Source: Sphyrna mokarran (lineage: Eukaryota). Taken from it: a DNA stretch of 64,000 nucleotides. Below are positions 38,880-51,775 of this stretch, piece after piece. A program made the position numbers and the translations under genes. Each line of letters opens with the position of its first letter. Positions within the stretch are counted from its first letter, which is position 1. Where the stretch lies: contig JAGIQG010000028.1 of assembly GCA_024679065.1 (NCBI GenBank), forward strand, positions 13,268,001 to 13,332,000, in the 5' to 3' direction. The notes below the pieces were generated by a model, which saw only the letters and a list, made by a program, of their open reading frames with translations, had not been told where the DNA came from and did no database searches.

Positions 38880-40010
38880 TAAATTCAAGAAAGAAGTTAC
38901 ATTAAATTTGTATGAAACCTTGGATCAGCCACACTTGGAGTACTGAGTATAAGTCTAACAGCTATATTATAGAAAAGCTACAGAAGCACTGGAGAGGAAG
39001 AAAGAAAGGTTTATAAGGATAATTCCGGGAATGTGAGGTAATACCTATTAGAGAGGAGGAATAGCTGGTTCGCTTTTCTTTTGAAAAAAGATGGAGGGAT
39101 GACCTAATAAAGATCTTTAAAATTTTGAAAGATTTTAATAGTATAAAAAGAGAACAAATGTTTGCACTCTGGAGCAAGTAAAGTTAGAGGACACCTATAT
39201 AAGATAGCCAACATCTTGTTTTTTTTGCAGGATGACCAATATCATTACTGTAAACTAACTTTATTAAGAACAGAACACAAAGACACAATTACAAGATCTC
39301 TGCAGCTTTGTTACAACTTACATTTACATGTGCTACAACCTTCAACAACCCCCCAGGTCAGGTGACATCCCCCCCACCCCAAATGAAGGACAGAGTGGAC
39401 GATATTGCATCTAATACTGAAATCCACTACGATAATTTGATTTGATTTGATTTATTATTGTTACACATACTAGTATGTAGTAAAAAGTATTGTTTCTTGC
39501 ACATTATACAAAGCATACCATTCATAGAGAAGGAAAGGAGAGAGTGCAGAATGTAGTGTTATAGTCATAGCTAGGGTGTAGAGAAAGATCAACTTAGTGT
39601 GAGGTAAGTCCATTTAAAAGTCTGACAGCAGCAGGGAAAAAGCTGTTCTGGAGTCAGCTATTACGTGACCTCAGACTTTTATATCTTTTTCCTGACAGAA
39701 GAAGGTGGAAGAGAAAATGTCCAGAATGAGTGGGGTCCTTAATTATGCTGGCTGCTTTGCCATGGCAGTGGGAATTTCCTTAATATCGTGACAATCACCC
39801 AAAAATCAAATAGAAAAAACCAAATGAGCTTCTTTACAGGTGGTGCAAATGGCTATCATAGCTAGTGGTTGAGACAAATAGTGGAGACACATTTAAATTG
39901 AGGCTGGATAAGCATTTAAGGGAATAAGGGACTCAAAAGGAACATAAACACTAGCATAGGCTGGTTGGGTCACATGGCCTGTTTTTTTTGCTGCATATTC
40001 TATGTAACTT
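38880..40010 (+). mobile_element. Old CR1 3' fragment interrupted by a minus-strand Rex1/Babar tail (39436-39772)
   Basis: ccacacttggagtactg...gatggagggatgacctaata (CR1). (tttga)n and reverse Rex 3' UTR inside. Confidence 0.65.
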
Positions 40011-40593
40011 TACAAAAACAAAATCTGGAAATAAAAATCAGTAGAAGTGACCATGGAGCTATTAGATTGCATTCAAAATCCCACGAATGTGCTTTCAGGA
40101 AGGCAACCTACTATCTGCTTTGAATGCGACTCCAGTCCCACACACCAGCTTGGTAACTATACTCCAAACAGGTCTAGCAAGCCACTCTATTGTAGTTGGT
40201 TTTACCACTTCAACTGGGCAATGAGGAAAGGGCAGTAAGTACCAGCCTTGCCAGTAATGCCCGCATTCTAAAAATCTGGGGACAATCACGTCCTTCGTGC
40301 TCCTTATTTTAGTTATTGTTATGTTTAACAGGATCAGAAAAGAAACATTGACTGTTGCTGCAAGAACTTTATAAAGGCTCTCCAAGTAGCAGTTAAGACT
40401 CAAAACCATTACAGAATTAGTCCACAGGGATCACTGCTTAATGCCCATTACTAAAAATAACAGGTTTCAAACAGGCTGCAAATTGCAGGATAAGTCACAC
40501 AGAAAAAGATCTTTAGGGAAATGAAGACATGCTATTGGGGGCCAATAACTGTTGCAGTTTGGATGCAGAGTCAAGTCAGTCATCTGATAGCGC

Positions 40594-41009
40594 ACTCCAG
40601 AAACTACAAAGATTTGTGAACGAAGCCCAGTCCATCACGCAAACCAACCTCCCGTCCATCGATTCTATCTACACTTCCCGCTGCCTCAGAAAAGCAGCCA
40701 GCACAATCAAGGACCCACGTGCCCCAGATGTATACTCTTCCACCTTCTTCCATTGAGAAAAAGATACAAAAGTTTGAGATCACTTTCCAATCAACTCAAG
40801 AATAGCTTTTTCCCTGTTGCCATCAGAATTTTGAAAGGTCCTACCATATATTAAGCTAATTTTTCTTTACACCCTAGCAATGGCCATAACATTACATTCT
40901 GCATCTTCTCTGTTCCTTCTGCCTTATGTACTCTTTGAATGGTATGCTTTGTTTGTATAGCACGCAAGAAACAACGCTTTTCACTGTATGTGACAATAAT
41001 AAATCAAAT
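40594..41009 (+). mobile_element. Rex1/Babar-type LINE 3' fragment
   Basis: KLQRFVNEAQSITQTNLPSIDSIYTSRCLRKAAS.IKDP plus the shared 3' UTR. Confidence 0.8.
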
Positions 41010-43538
41010 GATATATAAATTGTAATGTGCCTTACATTAATGATTGGTTTAGGTATGGTTACCTTATGCTATCGGCCAATTTGGATTTAATGTCTATGTT
41101 ACCACTCGGTATAGTTACACAATGTATGATTACCGGCTGATTTAGTGTATCTTGTACGGACATTAGCTTTACTTCATATCAAACCCTTTGTTACCTCTCC
41201 AGGAACGAGTTCTTTTGGAATTCTGCTGCACAGTTGGGGTTTAATTCTCAGGAAATGGTATCTTGTCCTCGAAGGGAGGGGACAGTGCTAACCATTCCTC
41301 TTTTGTTTCACTGACTAAAGGAAATGGTTTCTGCTTAGGGGGCAATGCTGTTCATCTTATACTGGGAATACTTCTTTCTCAGGACAGGCAGTGCCATGGC
41401 AACAGTGAGGGACTCACCGTAGGCTCAGCATATCTTCTGGGCTGGACTGGACTGGCTCAGATGATGCTTGACATGGCAGCAATATAAGTAAAGTTTTTAA
41501 CTGAGGGAGGGACTGAATACAAGCCAGGCTGTTTAACATGAATAGGGACAATAGGATAGTGGTCAATACAATAAAGTCGTAAGGCAAAGAAGCAGCAAGT
41601 TTTTTTTTAATTCATTTGTAGGATGCGAGCATCACTGGCCGGCCAGCATTTATTGCCCATCCCTAGTTGCCCAAGGATATTTGGGAGTCAACCACTTTGC
41701 TGCAGATCTGGAGTCAGAGGTAGGCCAGATCAGGTAAGGACAGCAGATTTCCTTCCCTCAAGGACATTATTGAACTAGATGGAAGTTAGTTCAGGGGCAC
41801 CACAGATAATTACAGCATCCAATAGATGTTCAAGTTCTGCCGAGATTGTGAATCGAATTTGAGCCCGCTATGCTCTGGCTGCGGTTTCAAAGCAGGAGCG
41901 GAACCCAGATGAATTCCAAGTCCCAACCATCTTAAAACAATTTTAAGATGCAAATAGTCTACTTGACCTATAAACGAGATCAATGCCCAATGAGTGGTTC
42001 CACCTGCCTCCAGGAAGTGGGAGCTGTCTGCCTGGTGCCAGTGACAAGGGCAGGTGCCAGCCACACTGGGGGCTGCCTCTGATACATCAATGAGAGCAGG
42101 CAGTTCACCAGGAGGTGGCATTGGCAGATTGTGGCCAAGGAAGAGCAGGTTAAGAGTGATATCTTTTCCAGCATTAGTTGACCCTACGCATTTGAATAAA
42201 TATCAACTACAAAGAAATTTGTTGGGGCTTCCCAGAGAATCTGATAGCTGTTTGGGTTTGCCCGAAAAAAAACAATGAAAGTTGCAATGTCGAACGGATA
42301 GATGCCTAAACAAGCTCCTTAAGGAGCTCAAGGGACGTTAACTGGCAGCAACTGTACTTCCTGTTGCATCCCCTGCCAGCCTTTTAACATTTCAAAAACC
42401 ATCCTGGGTGGTCAAATTTTTATTCAACCCAAATTCCATTAAATCCAATTCATGTCCCCACAAAGAGACAAACAAGACCCAGCTGACAGGATGAGGCATT
42501 GCACCCCATCTTGAGCTCAATCTGATGCTTCATCTTAGCCAATAGGCCAAGATGGCCTTGAAAATTGCATCAGGTAAAGCCTCAGTTTAACCTCATTGGC
42601 TGCTCTGATTCTTTACTCCAGGGCGATCAACCTGTCCTCCAATTCCCTGGCTTATCATTGGTGATGTTCCACCCACAACATGTCTGAGCAATTCTGATCC
42701 TCTAACCCTTCTGGGTTTCGTACCACTGGACTTTGAGCTTATTTCAGTCCTGGTATATCTACAATGGAGAACAAACATCCACTATAAGGGGCTGAAATAT
42801 TCTTAAACTGAATCTGCAGACAGCATTCTGGAAAGACCAATTGTTCTATGTTGAAACAGTCCTGCCCACAAGAAACTGAAGGAAAATGGACAGATCACTC
42901 AGTGCCTCAGCAAGAAAATTAGATGCCGTATATGAGATGTAACAGGAACAAACCAGAGCCGGCAGGGGAGGGGTGTGTGGTTGGTGGTGGTGGAGGAAAA
43001 GAAGACCTAAAACACAGGGACATAATCTTAAAATCAGGGCTTGACCTTTCTAAGGTGATGCCCAGAAACACTTGTTCACACCATGCCTCTCTCACACCAA
43101 CTGAAAATCTGGAATTCTCTTTCTCTCAAAAAACTGGGTCAACTGAAATTTGCAAATTTAACTGAAATTGGTAGATTTTTGCTGAGGCTTACAAAATCAA
43201 GGAAGGTAAATGGAGTTAAGATATAGGTCAGCCACAATTTAAATGAACAATGGAACAGGTTGGAGAGTCTAACTGGCTGAGTTCTGATCCCAAAGCCCAG
43301 AGAGGAAGAGTACTGAGTTGACTGAAACAGTCAAGTAGCTGTATGGAAATATTATCCATCTCTTACAGTGGGCTAGGACTGGTTCAATGTTTTCACCTCG
43401 GTATAAAATTCTGAGTTGCAGCCTTCGTGTATTCCACCTCTTCCCCATACCCTCTGAGACCTGGCAACATACAGCCATTACAACAAAGGTACAAATCTGA
43501 CATGTGAAATCGAACAGGCACATTAAAGAGCTACTCAC

Positions 43539-43643
43539 CATATTGACAACGGGGTCCTTGGAATCCTGGGGGGCAGTGACACAGCTGCGACATCCCCTCA
43601 ATGCACTTGCCACCATTAAAGCACACTCCATAACTACAAATAG
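43539..43643 (-). CDS. MEGF6: Internal coding exon (EGF-like domain) of multiple EGF-like domains protein 6, equivalent to exon 4
   Basis: Minus strand: ctaat branch-like motif, then tctctgtgtttcttccag acceptor, a 105-nt open exon, and a G|GTGAGT donor. Phase 1-1. Translation [35 protein letters not shown](D) has six EGF cysteines and matches my recollection of human MEGF6 [35 protein letters not shown]. It is in a different frame from the listed ORF 43269..43715. Paralog EGFEM1 is not fully excluded. Confidence 0.85.
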
Positions 43644-44209
43644 CTGGAAGAAACACAGAGACCTCTGATTAGACATAAAACAGTAAATGTGAATGTTTCT
43701 CTTAGGCTTGACCAAAGCAGCTTGGTTTCTATGAATTACCTGTAAGTTTCAGTTACAATTTCCACATGCAGGTCACAAATTCGGGATTAGTTTCACTCCA
43801 TAATGCTGGATCACACTTTATTGTCACCTACATCATCCCCTCTTTAGCTCTTCCCCGAATACATTTCTAATTGTCCCTGGTGTCTGAGCTTGCTGTCTTC
43901 CCTCCTGATAGAATTCTCTCATCTCCTCTTTATCTCTGCCTTGACTTCTGCACATTTCCTTCCTTGTCCCACTCCTATCAACGCGATGTCCAGTTTTCCC
44001 ACATCCAACCCCAGGCCAGATAATAAGCACTTGTCAGTAAATGACTATTGCTACATCTGCTCCTTGTAAACAAAATAACTGTCACATCAGACAAATCAGT
44101 TTTTATTTTAGTGTTTTTTTCAACAAATTTTTACTTACTGAGTAATTTGGGTGAAGGAGCAAAATGCTCAATAGCCCTTAATGTAAAGGGTCAAAATCAA
44201 GTGATCCAG

Positions 44210-44430
44210 TTTGGGTCACTGTCTATGCAGAGTTTGCAGGTTGTCCCCATGTCTGCATGAGTTTCCTCTGGGTATTCCGGTTTGCTCCCACAATCCGAAA
44301 GACATGCTGGTTAAGTACATTGGCCGCGCTAAATTCTCCCTCAGTGTACGCAAACAGGAGTCGGAGTGTGGCAACTAGGGAATTTTCACAGTAACATCAT
44401 TGCAGTGTTAACGTAAGCAACTTGTGACTA
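44210..44430 (+). mobile_element. 5'-truncated HE1/V-SINE, tail b
   Basis: Core plus tail b. Confidence 0.8.
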
Positions 44431-44803
44431 TTCTTTTTACTTTTTTTTCAAACTGCCTGTGGGCTCAGCCTTGAAGAGGCACAGTTTGTGGGAATTATTT
44501 TTATTAACAATGAAGTCCAGCTAATTGCATAAGGTAGTACTTTTAAACCACCTTGAACATGGGTTCTCACATTGCCGGAGTATAACAAAACGTATAAAGG
44601 GAGTTATGTTACAACTGGGTCTTCAAAATATGACAAGCCTTGGGCTAGCTGACCCATGAGCTTGAACCATGTGATGCCATAAATTCTCTGGCAATGCATT
44701 TAACTATATCTCAAGGATATGAGCAATTATTGTTCGTAATAGTTCATTTACGTTTAGCTATTGGTAATAACAGTCATTATGCTTAATTCCTGTGGAAGTC
44801 AAT

Positions 44804-44939
44804 GGTCAGAATTCTCCAACCTCGTCTGCGACTAGAATTCTCCAATACTGCCCCAGTGAGTGAAGATTTGGCTGAGGACCAAGTTCTCCATTCTCACTGG
44901 CAGCAAGAGTGGGAAGTGCGAGATCAGAGAATTCTGGCC
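44804..44939. mobile_element. ~135-bp MITE (same family as 18400-18535)
   Basis: TIRs ggtcagaattctc / gagaattctggcc. Confidence 0.7.
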
Positions 44940-45321
44940 AGTAAATGTCTTTGAATCGTATTATTTTGTGAAATAAAATAAACAATATTAATAATAATAT
45001 ACCAGCATTATTCTCGAACAGTCTGAGAGACATGCAAACATGGAGGAAGGTGGCAATGATTGTCATACATCTGTTCTCATGTACCAGTTAGCCACACCCT
45101 TGCTTGACTTTCAAAAGCCAACAGACTATTGATGTGAAAAGGAAGCATGACACAGATGACGAGTTCAGGAATAATGAATTCCTGGGAAAGAATCTGTTTG
45201 CATGGGAGCGAATCCTGATTTTAACACAGCCAGATGAGGAAAGACAGTAACACAGAGGACTCCAATTTAATATAACTAGTGCAAAAATTGTGGAGGTGGG
45301 TGCAAATATGAATGCTGTATA

Positions 45322-45875
45322 TTGTTATGGTTCATGTTGGAAACTCCAAAGTGTTGTTTGAAGCCCAGCTGAACCACATCTTGCATCTTGAATTTGGCTG
45401 TGGAAAGCATGAGATGATTCAAATGACGCAGTAGACAGTTTTTATCAAAGTTTATTTAAGAATATAGCTAACAAGTATAGTAAAAAAAATTAACAACAAA
45501 TTTTATCAATTACAAACAAGAAACCTCTATGATGTACAATTTTCAATGAATATCTCTAATGTGTTCCAATTAAAACCAAAACCCATAGACAAAATCCTTT
45601 CAACAGATTTATCACTGCACAGACTAAAGCTCACATAATACAGGAATCCCATTCCCTGGGTTGAATACTGATTTAAAATAATCTTGAAAACTCAGAGCAG
45701 CTTGTAGTCATCAGCTCCCCAAAACACCAAAGACATACTATTTACTGCAGGGTGGCAATAAGCTGTGCTTTCAGCTAACTGGTTAAACTTTCAAAATTAA
45801 AAGACAGAGAGAGAGAGAGTTTTTTTCAGCTATGCTGCTAACACTGCTAACTAAAAACAATCGTTGTCACCTGAC
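45322..45875 (-). mobile_element. LTR-like element
   Basis: Starts tgttatgg, contains a reverse aataaa and a (GA)n tract; resembles the reverse of the other LTR-like copies. Confidence 0.35.
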
Positions 45876-46177
45876 CAAAAAAGTTTCTATACTCTTTACC
45901 TAAAGCTGTGAGCATGATTCTAAAAAAGCCTTTCTGAAAGCGACACTAACATCACAATAATGCACCAAGATAAGATCAGAAATGCCCTGCCTGAAACAGT
46001 GGTAGAAGGAGACTTGCTTGTAACTTTCAAACAGTGACTGGATATATAATCAGTAAACAAATATGATTGCAGGGGAAGGAGCAGTAGAATGGGATTAATT
46101 TGAGAGCTCTTTTGAAGTGCTGGCAGTGGGCTACGTGAGCTCCTCTGTGCTATACATAAGTGGCACAGTACTCTAAG

Positions 46178-46790
46178 AGGTAGCACAGTGTTAACACTGA
46201 TGGGTTCAATTCCAGCTTTAAGTGACTGTGCGTATGAAGACTGCACATTCTCCTCATTTCTGAGTGGGTTTCCTCTGGATGCTCCAGTTTATTCCCACAC
46301 TCCAAAGATGTGCAAGCTAGGTTGATTGGCCGTGCTAAATTGTTCTTCAGTGTCAGGGAGACTAATAGGGTAAAAAGTGAAGTTATGGTGATACAGCCTG
46401 GGTGTGATTGTGGTCAGTGCAGATTTGACGGGCTAAATGGTCTCCTTCTGCATTGTCGGGATTCTATAATTCTTCATATATGTGACACAGTGGTTAATAC
46501 AGATATCTCATAGGGCCAGAGACCTGGTTTGAAGCCTGGCCTTAGGTGAATGCCTATATGGAGCTTGTACAATCTAACCATGTCTGTGTGTCTCTCCTTT
46601 GGGTGCTCTGGTTTCCTCCCACAGTCTAAACTTCTGCATGTTTAGTGGATTGGCCATAATAAATTGTCCCTCAGTGTCAGGGGAATTAGCAGTGTAAATA
46701 CATGGGATTATGGGGATAGGGCCTGGCTGGGATTGCTGTCAGTGCGCGTTTGATGGGTTGAATGGCCTCCTTCTGCTCTGTAGGGATTCT
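46178..46790 (+). mobile_element. Two tandem HE1/V-SINEs, tail a
   Basis: Copies at ~46178-46468 and ~46484-46790. Confidence 0.85.
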
Positions 46791-47444
46791 TTTCTATATA
46801 GCAGGTGGAATTGCAACATAGGACGAACAAGAGAGAAAGTCAGCCAGACTGGCTATGAGAGTGTTGGAGGCTTAAGTTGGAAGACAGGTATCCCTTTCAG
46901 ATGATGATCTTGATCTTATATTTGCCCAGGAATAGCTCTGGAAAATCTTTCTCAGGAACAGCACCTGCTACCTTCCACCCATCTGTCATTTTAGGGAAAA
47001 ATAAATCATTTCTAAACAGTATGTTTCCAATTATGGCCCAATCTGCTTTGGTCAAAACATCTTTCGTCATAATCCAAAACTGCTTATATTTTTCTCACTT
47101 TTGTTCCCTCACTGCATTCATCTGATTGAATGACTGACAGTAAATGATTTGATGAAACTTTAGCTGTTTTTAGCCACTGACCTTCTCTGTCTCCATATTA
47201 CAATGTCAATGTCTTGGCACAGTTTCAGGAGCAGTCTTGCTTTCTAATAAAACATACAATTTCAATTGAAATGGCAGCATAAGGCAAAGCTGACTGAAAT
47301 TGTACACTGTCAAAGGTTACTCTAAATCTCTGGCTTTGAAAACATTAGATCAGGACAGTATTTCTACAAAGAAAACAGAAATTGAACTCCACTTTGAAAC
47401 AGTTTTATTTAAGGGTCTTACTGAACCTCGGAACCAAAGGAGCG

Positions 47445-48000
47445 TCACTGTCTCAGCAATGTCTCCCAGGATAGGCTAGATATGGAATAAAACGTGCACC
47501 AAATTGTCCCATCAAACTCCTTCACTGCAGCTATAGCACAGGTTAGATGCAGAGTTACATCTACGTTGTTCCATCAAAACCTCCTGCAGACATACATGGG
47601 TAGGACAGAATAAAGTTCCCTATATATACAACAAGGTGGCACAGTGGTTAGCACTGCAGCCTCACTGTGTCCATGTTCAATTCCGGCCTTGGGTCACTGT
47701 CTGCATGGAGTTTGCACATTCTCCCTGCGTCTCTGTGGACCTTCTCCAGGTGCTACAGTTTCCTCCCACGGTCCAAAGATGTGCGGGTTAGATTGATTGG
47801 CTGTGCTAAACTAACCCTAGTGTCAGGGGATTAGCAAGGTAAAAATGTGGGATTATGACTGGTGCAGACTCAATGGGACCAAATGGCCTCCTTCTGCATT
47901 GTAGGGATTCAATGATTCTATGATACTGTCCCATGCAATACCCCCAGGACAAATGTAGGATGAGTCAGACAAAGTTCTCTTTTCACTGTCTCATCTCTGT
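47445..48000. repeat. Degenerate ~65-bp tandem repeat interrupted by an HE1 SINE (47635-47922)
   Basis: Recurrent tgtcccatcaaa.....ccagg.cag...ggttaga..cagagtaaag units on both sides of the SINE. Confidence 0.55.
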
Positions 48001-48669
48001 CCCAACTATAATCTCTGCTCTAACTGAAATCAACTAACTCAAAGCAGGAATCAAAGCCAAGATCTGACTGAACTGTACTGGAACCAGATTAATAAGATTT
48101 CTAAACTCCATGACAACCTGTTGTATTTTTATTGGTATTTTTAGCAAAGGTAAGGGATAATTTTATGGCTTTGAACTCCATGCAAGTGAGGCCTCTTCTG
48201 GCAGTATAAGAGCTGGGAAGTTATCCCAAATCATGTTAGAATGATTGCATAACTAGGAAACTGCTCAATCTTCTCAGTAAGACAGGTAGCATGCAGCCCA
48301 TTATCAATCACTGTACAGAACTGGCCCAAATTTCAAAGGCGTGTCAATGAACAAGACACATTCCTGAATGAGATGGCAGTCATGCTGTTGAGTATTGAAT
48401 ATGAAGCAGATGGCAAGCAATCAGTTACCATCTTCATGTGGCAAGTGAGCCAACAAATAGAAATAAATCCATTCTTATATTGCACATTAAGGTCACTCAT
48501 TTCCCAACATATTTCTACTGGACAGCTGTATGACAGAGACTTACCACGTGTCTTGTACATTGGTGGGATATAATCACACACATCAGAGACACACAAAAAT
48601 ACAAATAACGGCGCACATACACATACACACATACAAATCTGCACATACAGATGTTGTGCACACAACTAT

Positions 48670-48825
48670 TAGCCAGGATTTTCCAGCTCCAACGACAGAT
48701 GCAAAGGCAGACTGCCATTTGCCAGTGACAAGGGAATGACATTTCCATTGGCTCACTGACCATAGTGCCAGGTCACCTTCGCCACCACAAATATCCACCA
48801 CGGGCACTACTGGAAAACCTCAGCC
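48670..48825. mobile_element. MITE
   Basis: gccaggattttcc ... ggaaaacctcagcc imperfect TIRs. Confidence 0.45.
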
Positions 48826-49519
48826 ATAGTCTTGCTCAAACATATAAACAAAACAGCACAGCCAAACAGTGCTTAAACCATTTTACATTTTAAAGTAAAT
48901 TACATAAATTTGATTTGTTTTTTTTTCTAGTATAGCACAGTGGTATGGTACTCTTTCAGAGACTCCTTCTACATCATAGGGGTTCCATGGTTCTAAGGTT
49001 GAGGGGTTTAAAATGTTGAAAAAATTCCATTGGGGAGATAGATGAAAACTACTTCCTCTCAGAAAGTGATTCAAAAAAAATAGGGAATGTAGTCTTAAAA
49101 TCAGAGCAATGCCCTACAGAAGAAGCACATTTTTCACACAGATTGAAAGTCTGGAATTCCTTCACTCAAAACGGTACAGATTTGGGAAATTTGGAGTCTT
49201 CAAGGCTTGGATGAATACTTGATGGGCTGAAAGAATCTCTGCAATGCAAGAGACCAATGAACAATGAACTAGTTGAATGGTGGTTCAGGGCTGAGGAGCT
49301 GAATAGCTTCCTTCTGTTACTAATGTCTCTATGCTTGTTGTGGATGAGAATCCCACAGTCCCTGAGACCCCTGACATATAGGGCCCCAGCTCTAACTGAC
49401 TGGGCCACTAGATCAAAATAATTTGGAAAATTAATTGGGCCTCATCACTGACACAAAGGATGGAATGTGTCTCATTAGTAGTATTCTGATTTGAGTTAGT
49501 ATCCCCCATCCCTGCTCTT

Positions 49520-49860
49520 TAAGGAGTAAAAATACTGCAGATGCTGGAAACCAGAAACAAAAACAGAAAGGGTGGGATTTTCCGGCTGTGTTCATCCCAA
49601 AACTGGAAAATCCCATCTGAGGTCAATGGATCTTCTCAACAGTCCAACCGTTGCCTGATTCGATTCCCATGGTGGGAGGAACGGGAAGATTTGCCCCAAA
49701 ATGTTGGAGGTTTCCATGTGGAAGACAGATACATTAGTGCTTCATCTGAAGTATTCCGATGAAGCATTCAGGCTTGAAACACTAACACCTCTGGTTTTCT
49801 TTCCTCTATAGATGCTGCCTCACCCACTAAGCATTTCCAGCATTTTTTCTGAGTTCTTTC
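49520..49860. mobile_element. Family B Penelope-like mini-element with a nested MITE (49570-49697)
   Basis: aaatactgcagatgctggaa...; decayed CCGATGA...GAAACACT. TSD ccctgctctt at 49510-49519 and 49861-49870. Confidence 0.65.
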
Positions 49861-49929
49861 CCCTGCTCTTCAAGACCTCGGACAACATCAATAAGGGTCT
49901 GCTACTCACATAGCCGTTTTAACCTAGCA

Positions 49930-50378
49930 GAATCATTGAATCAGTACAGTGCAGAAGGAGACCATTCAGCCCATCGAGCCTGCACTGATAACAATCCCAC
50001 CCAGGCCATAGAGGGATATGGTCCCGGAAGGGTGGGGAATTTTAGTTAAGTGGGGCAGCATGGTCTGTGCAGGCTTGGAAGACTGAAGGGACTATTCCTG
50101 TGCTGTAATTTTCTTTGTTCTTCATTCTTTGTTCCAGCCCTATCCCCATAACCTCACATACTTACCCTACTAATCCCCTTAACACTAAGAAGCAATTTAG
50201 CGTAGCTAATCAGCCTAACCCACACATCTCTGGATTGTGGGAGGAAACTGGAGCACCTGGAGCAAACCCACACAGACACAGGGAGAACGTGCAAACTCCA
50301 AAAGACAGTCACCCAAGCCAGGAATTGAAACCAGGTCCCTGATGCTGCGAGGCAGCAGTGCTAACCCATTGTGCTACT
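49930..50378 (-). mobile_element. HE1/V-SINE with an inserted plus-strand CR1 tail (~50010-50130)
   Basis: The SINE breaks at cccaggcc and resumes at gccctatcccc. Confidence 0.8.
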
Positions 50379-50599
50379 GTATCGCTTGTACTGCTCTACT
50401 GAACTATAAACTCACAGATCAGTGAAGATTATAAACAAGTGAACATCTCTTGTGCCTTGTCTGGATATATGGAATCCTCTTTCTCCCACTATTCCCAGGC
50501 CTGCCTGTCCTTTCACTTGCCCCCTTTCCCTGCCACAGAAGATTTGCTACCCATCCAGCAAAAGTGAAAGGCATGTCAGCAGAATCCAAACCAAAACCA

Positions 50600-50892
50600 A
50601 GGGTGGCACGGCAGCACAGTGTTTAGCACTGCTGCCAGGGACTCGGGTTCAATTCCAAATTCAGATCACTGTCTGTGTAGAGTTTGCACATTCTCCCGGT
50701 GTCTTCATGGGTTTCCTCCAAATGCTCCAGTTTCCTCCCACAGCTCAAAGATATGCAGGTTAGATCAATTGGCCATGCTAAGTTAACCTTGCTATAGGGA
50801 GATTAGTAGTGTAAATAGTAGGGTGGGATTGCTATCTGTGCAGATTCAATGGGCCGAATGGTCCTCTGCACTGTAGCAATTGTACAATTCTA
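50600..50892 (+). mobile_element. HE1/V-SINE, tail a
   Basis: Head-core-tail similarity. Confidence 0.85.
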
Positions 50893-51299
50893 TTCTCTGA
50901 TTACAAAACAATTTCTGCACCAAACAAGACAAACATGAAGGAAGCGTAAATTATTCAATATACGAATCTCAACATCTTTTTGGTGATTGCTGATCTGACA
51001 TTTTGCAAGCAGGAAAATTCTCATCAATAACACAACAAATACAGATGCAGCATCCACAATTCTGGGGCCAACTGGCTGTGGGTTAAAGGTCACGGCTATA
51101 TGGATTAAGAAGCAACAGCATTAGCATCTGAAGTCTGTGTGTATCATTGCTCCTGAAGTCCTGAACCAAAACGTCAGTAACCCAAAGGCACAAGGTAAAC
51201 TCACCTGGTTCCAGCTCAATGGAGTAGCAAACTCTCCCCATGTCCCAAGCATGAATAAAACAAAATGCCAGAGATAGGAAGAGGGGGAGTGTTGACATT

Positions 51300-51765
51300 T
51301 AAGATGATGATGAGGTGTGGTAGGCTTGGGTGAAGCTGGAATGTGAAAAGCATAACAGCTACTGGAAAAATATGTTGACTGTGGGAGGAAGGGTGGCTAG
51401 TGTTGGTGAAGGCCAGGGTGGCTGACTGAGAGATGGGATTGGAGGTGCAAGGGGGTCCAGTGGGAGACTGGGGGAGGCTCACTTACCCTGGCTGAGTGAA
51501 GATCATTAACATTTTTCTGACAGTGCTGCCTTGTGCTCTCCTGGAGTGTGCTTGCACTGATCAGGGCTGTCACTGCATTCCAGAAGAGGCTGGTGACCCT
51601 GATGGAAGGCCATCTCTTGGAGTGGGGGTAAAGGGCATCCAGCCTCTGCACCACTCCATCCAGCATCCTGGCATGGCTTTCCTCTGAAAAGCACTGTGCT
51701 TGCAGGGGTTAAGTCGTTGCAGAGCGGGCAAATTAGGAGTGACATGACTCTGGTGGACACCAAAA
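51300..51765 (-). mobile_element. Harbinger/PIF transposon remnant: Myb/SANT-like DNA-binding ORF fragment
   Basis: MLDGVVQRLDALYP...FWNAVTALISASTLQESTRQHCQKNVNDL resembles the Myb/SANT-like trihelix pattern (W..V...VS....R...QC.K..NDL) and ends at a cagg|gtaagt donor near 51486. Confidence 0.6.
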
Positions 51766-51775
51766 TTATTACTAA

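Noticed and set aside
1-43538. mir-551, expected in an intron of MEGF6/EGFEM1
   Set aside because: I searched by eye for GCGACCCA...TTGGTTTC and its reverse complement and found no match. It probably lies outside the window; an Infernal or BLASTN search would settle this.
43269-43715. 148-aa ORF as listed in the track
   Set aside because: It is an off-frame read-through of the real EGF exon and flanking intron.
51197-51260. Minus-strand CAG|GTGAGT donor with a short upstream ATG frame
   Set aside because: No acceptor, no signal peptide and no similarity to MEGF6; consistent with chance.
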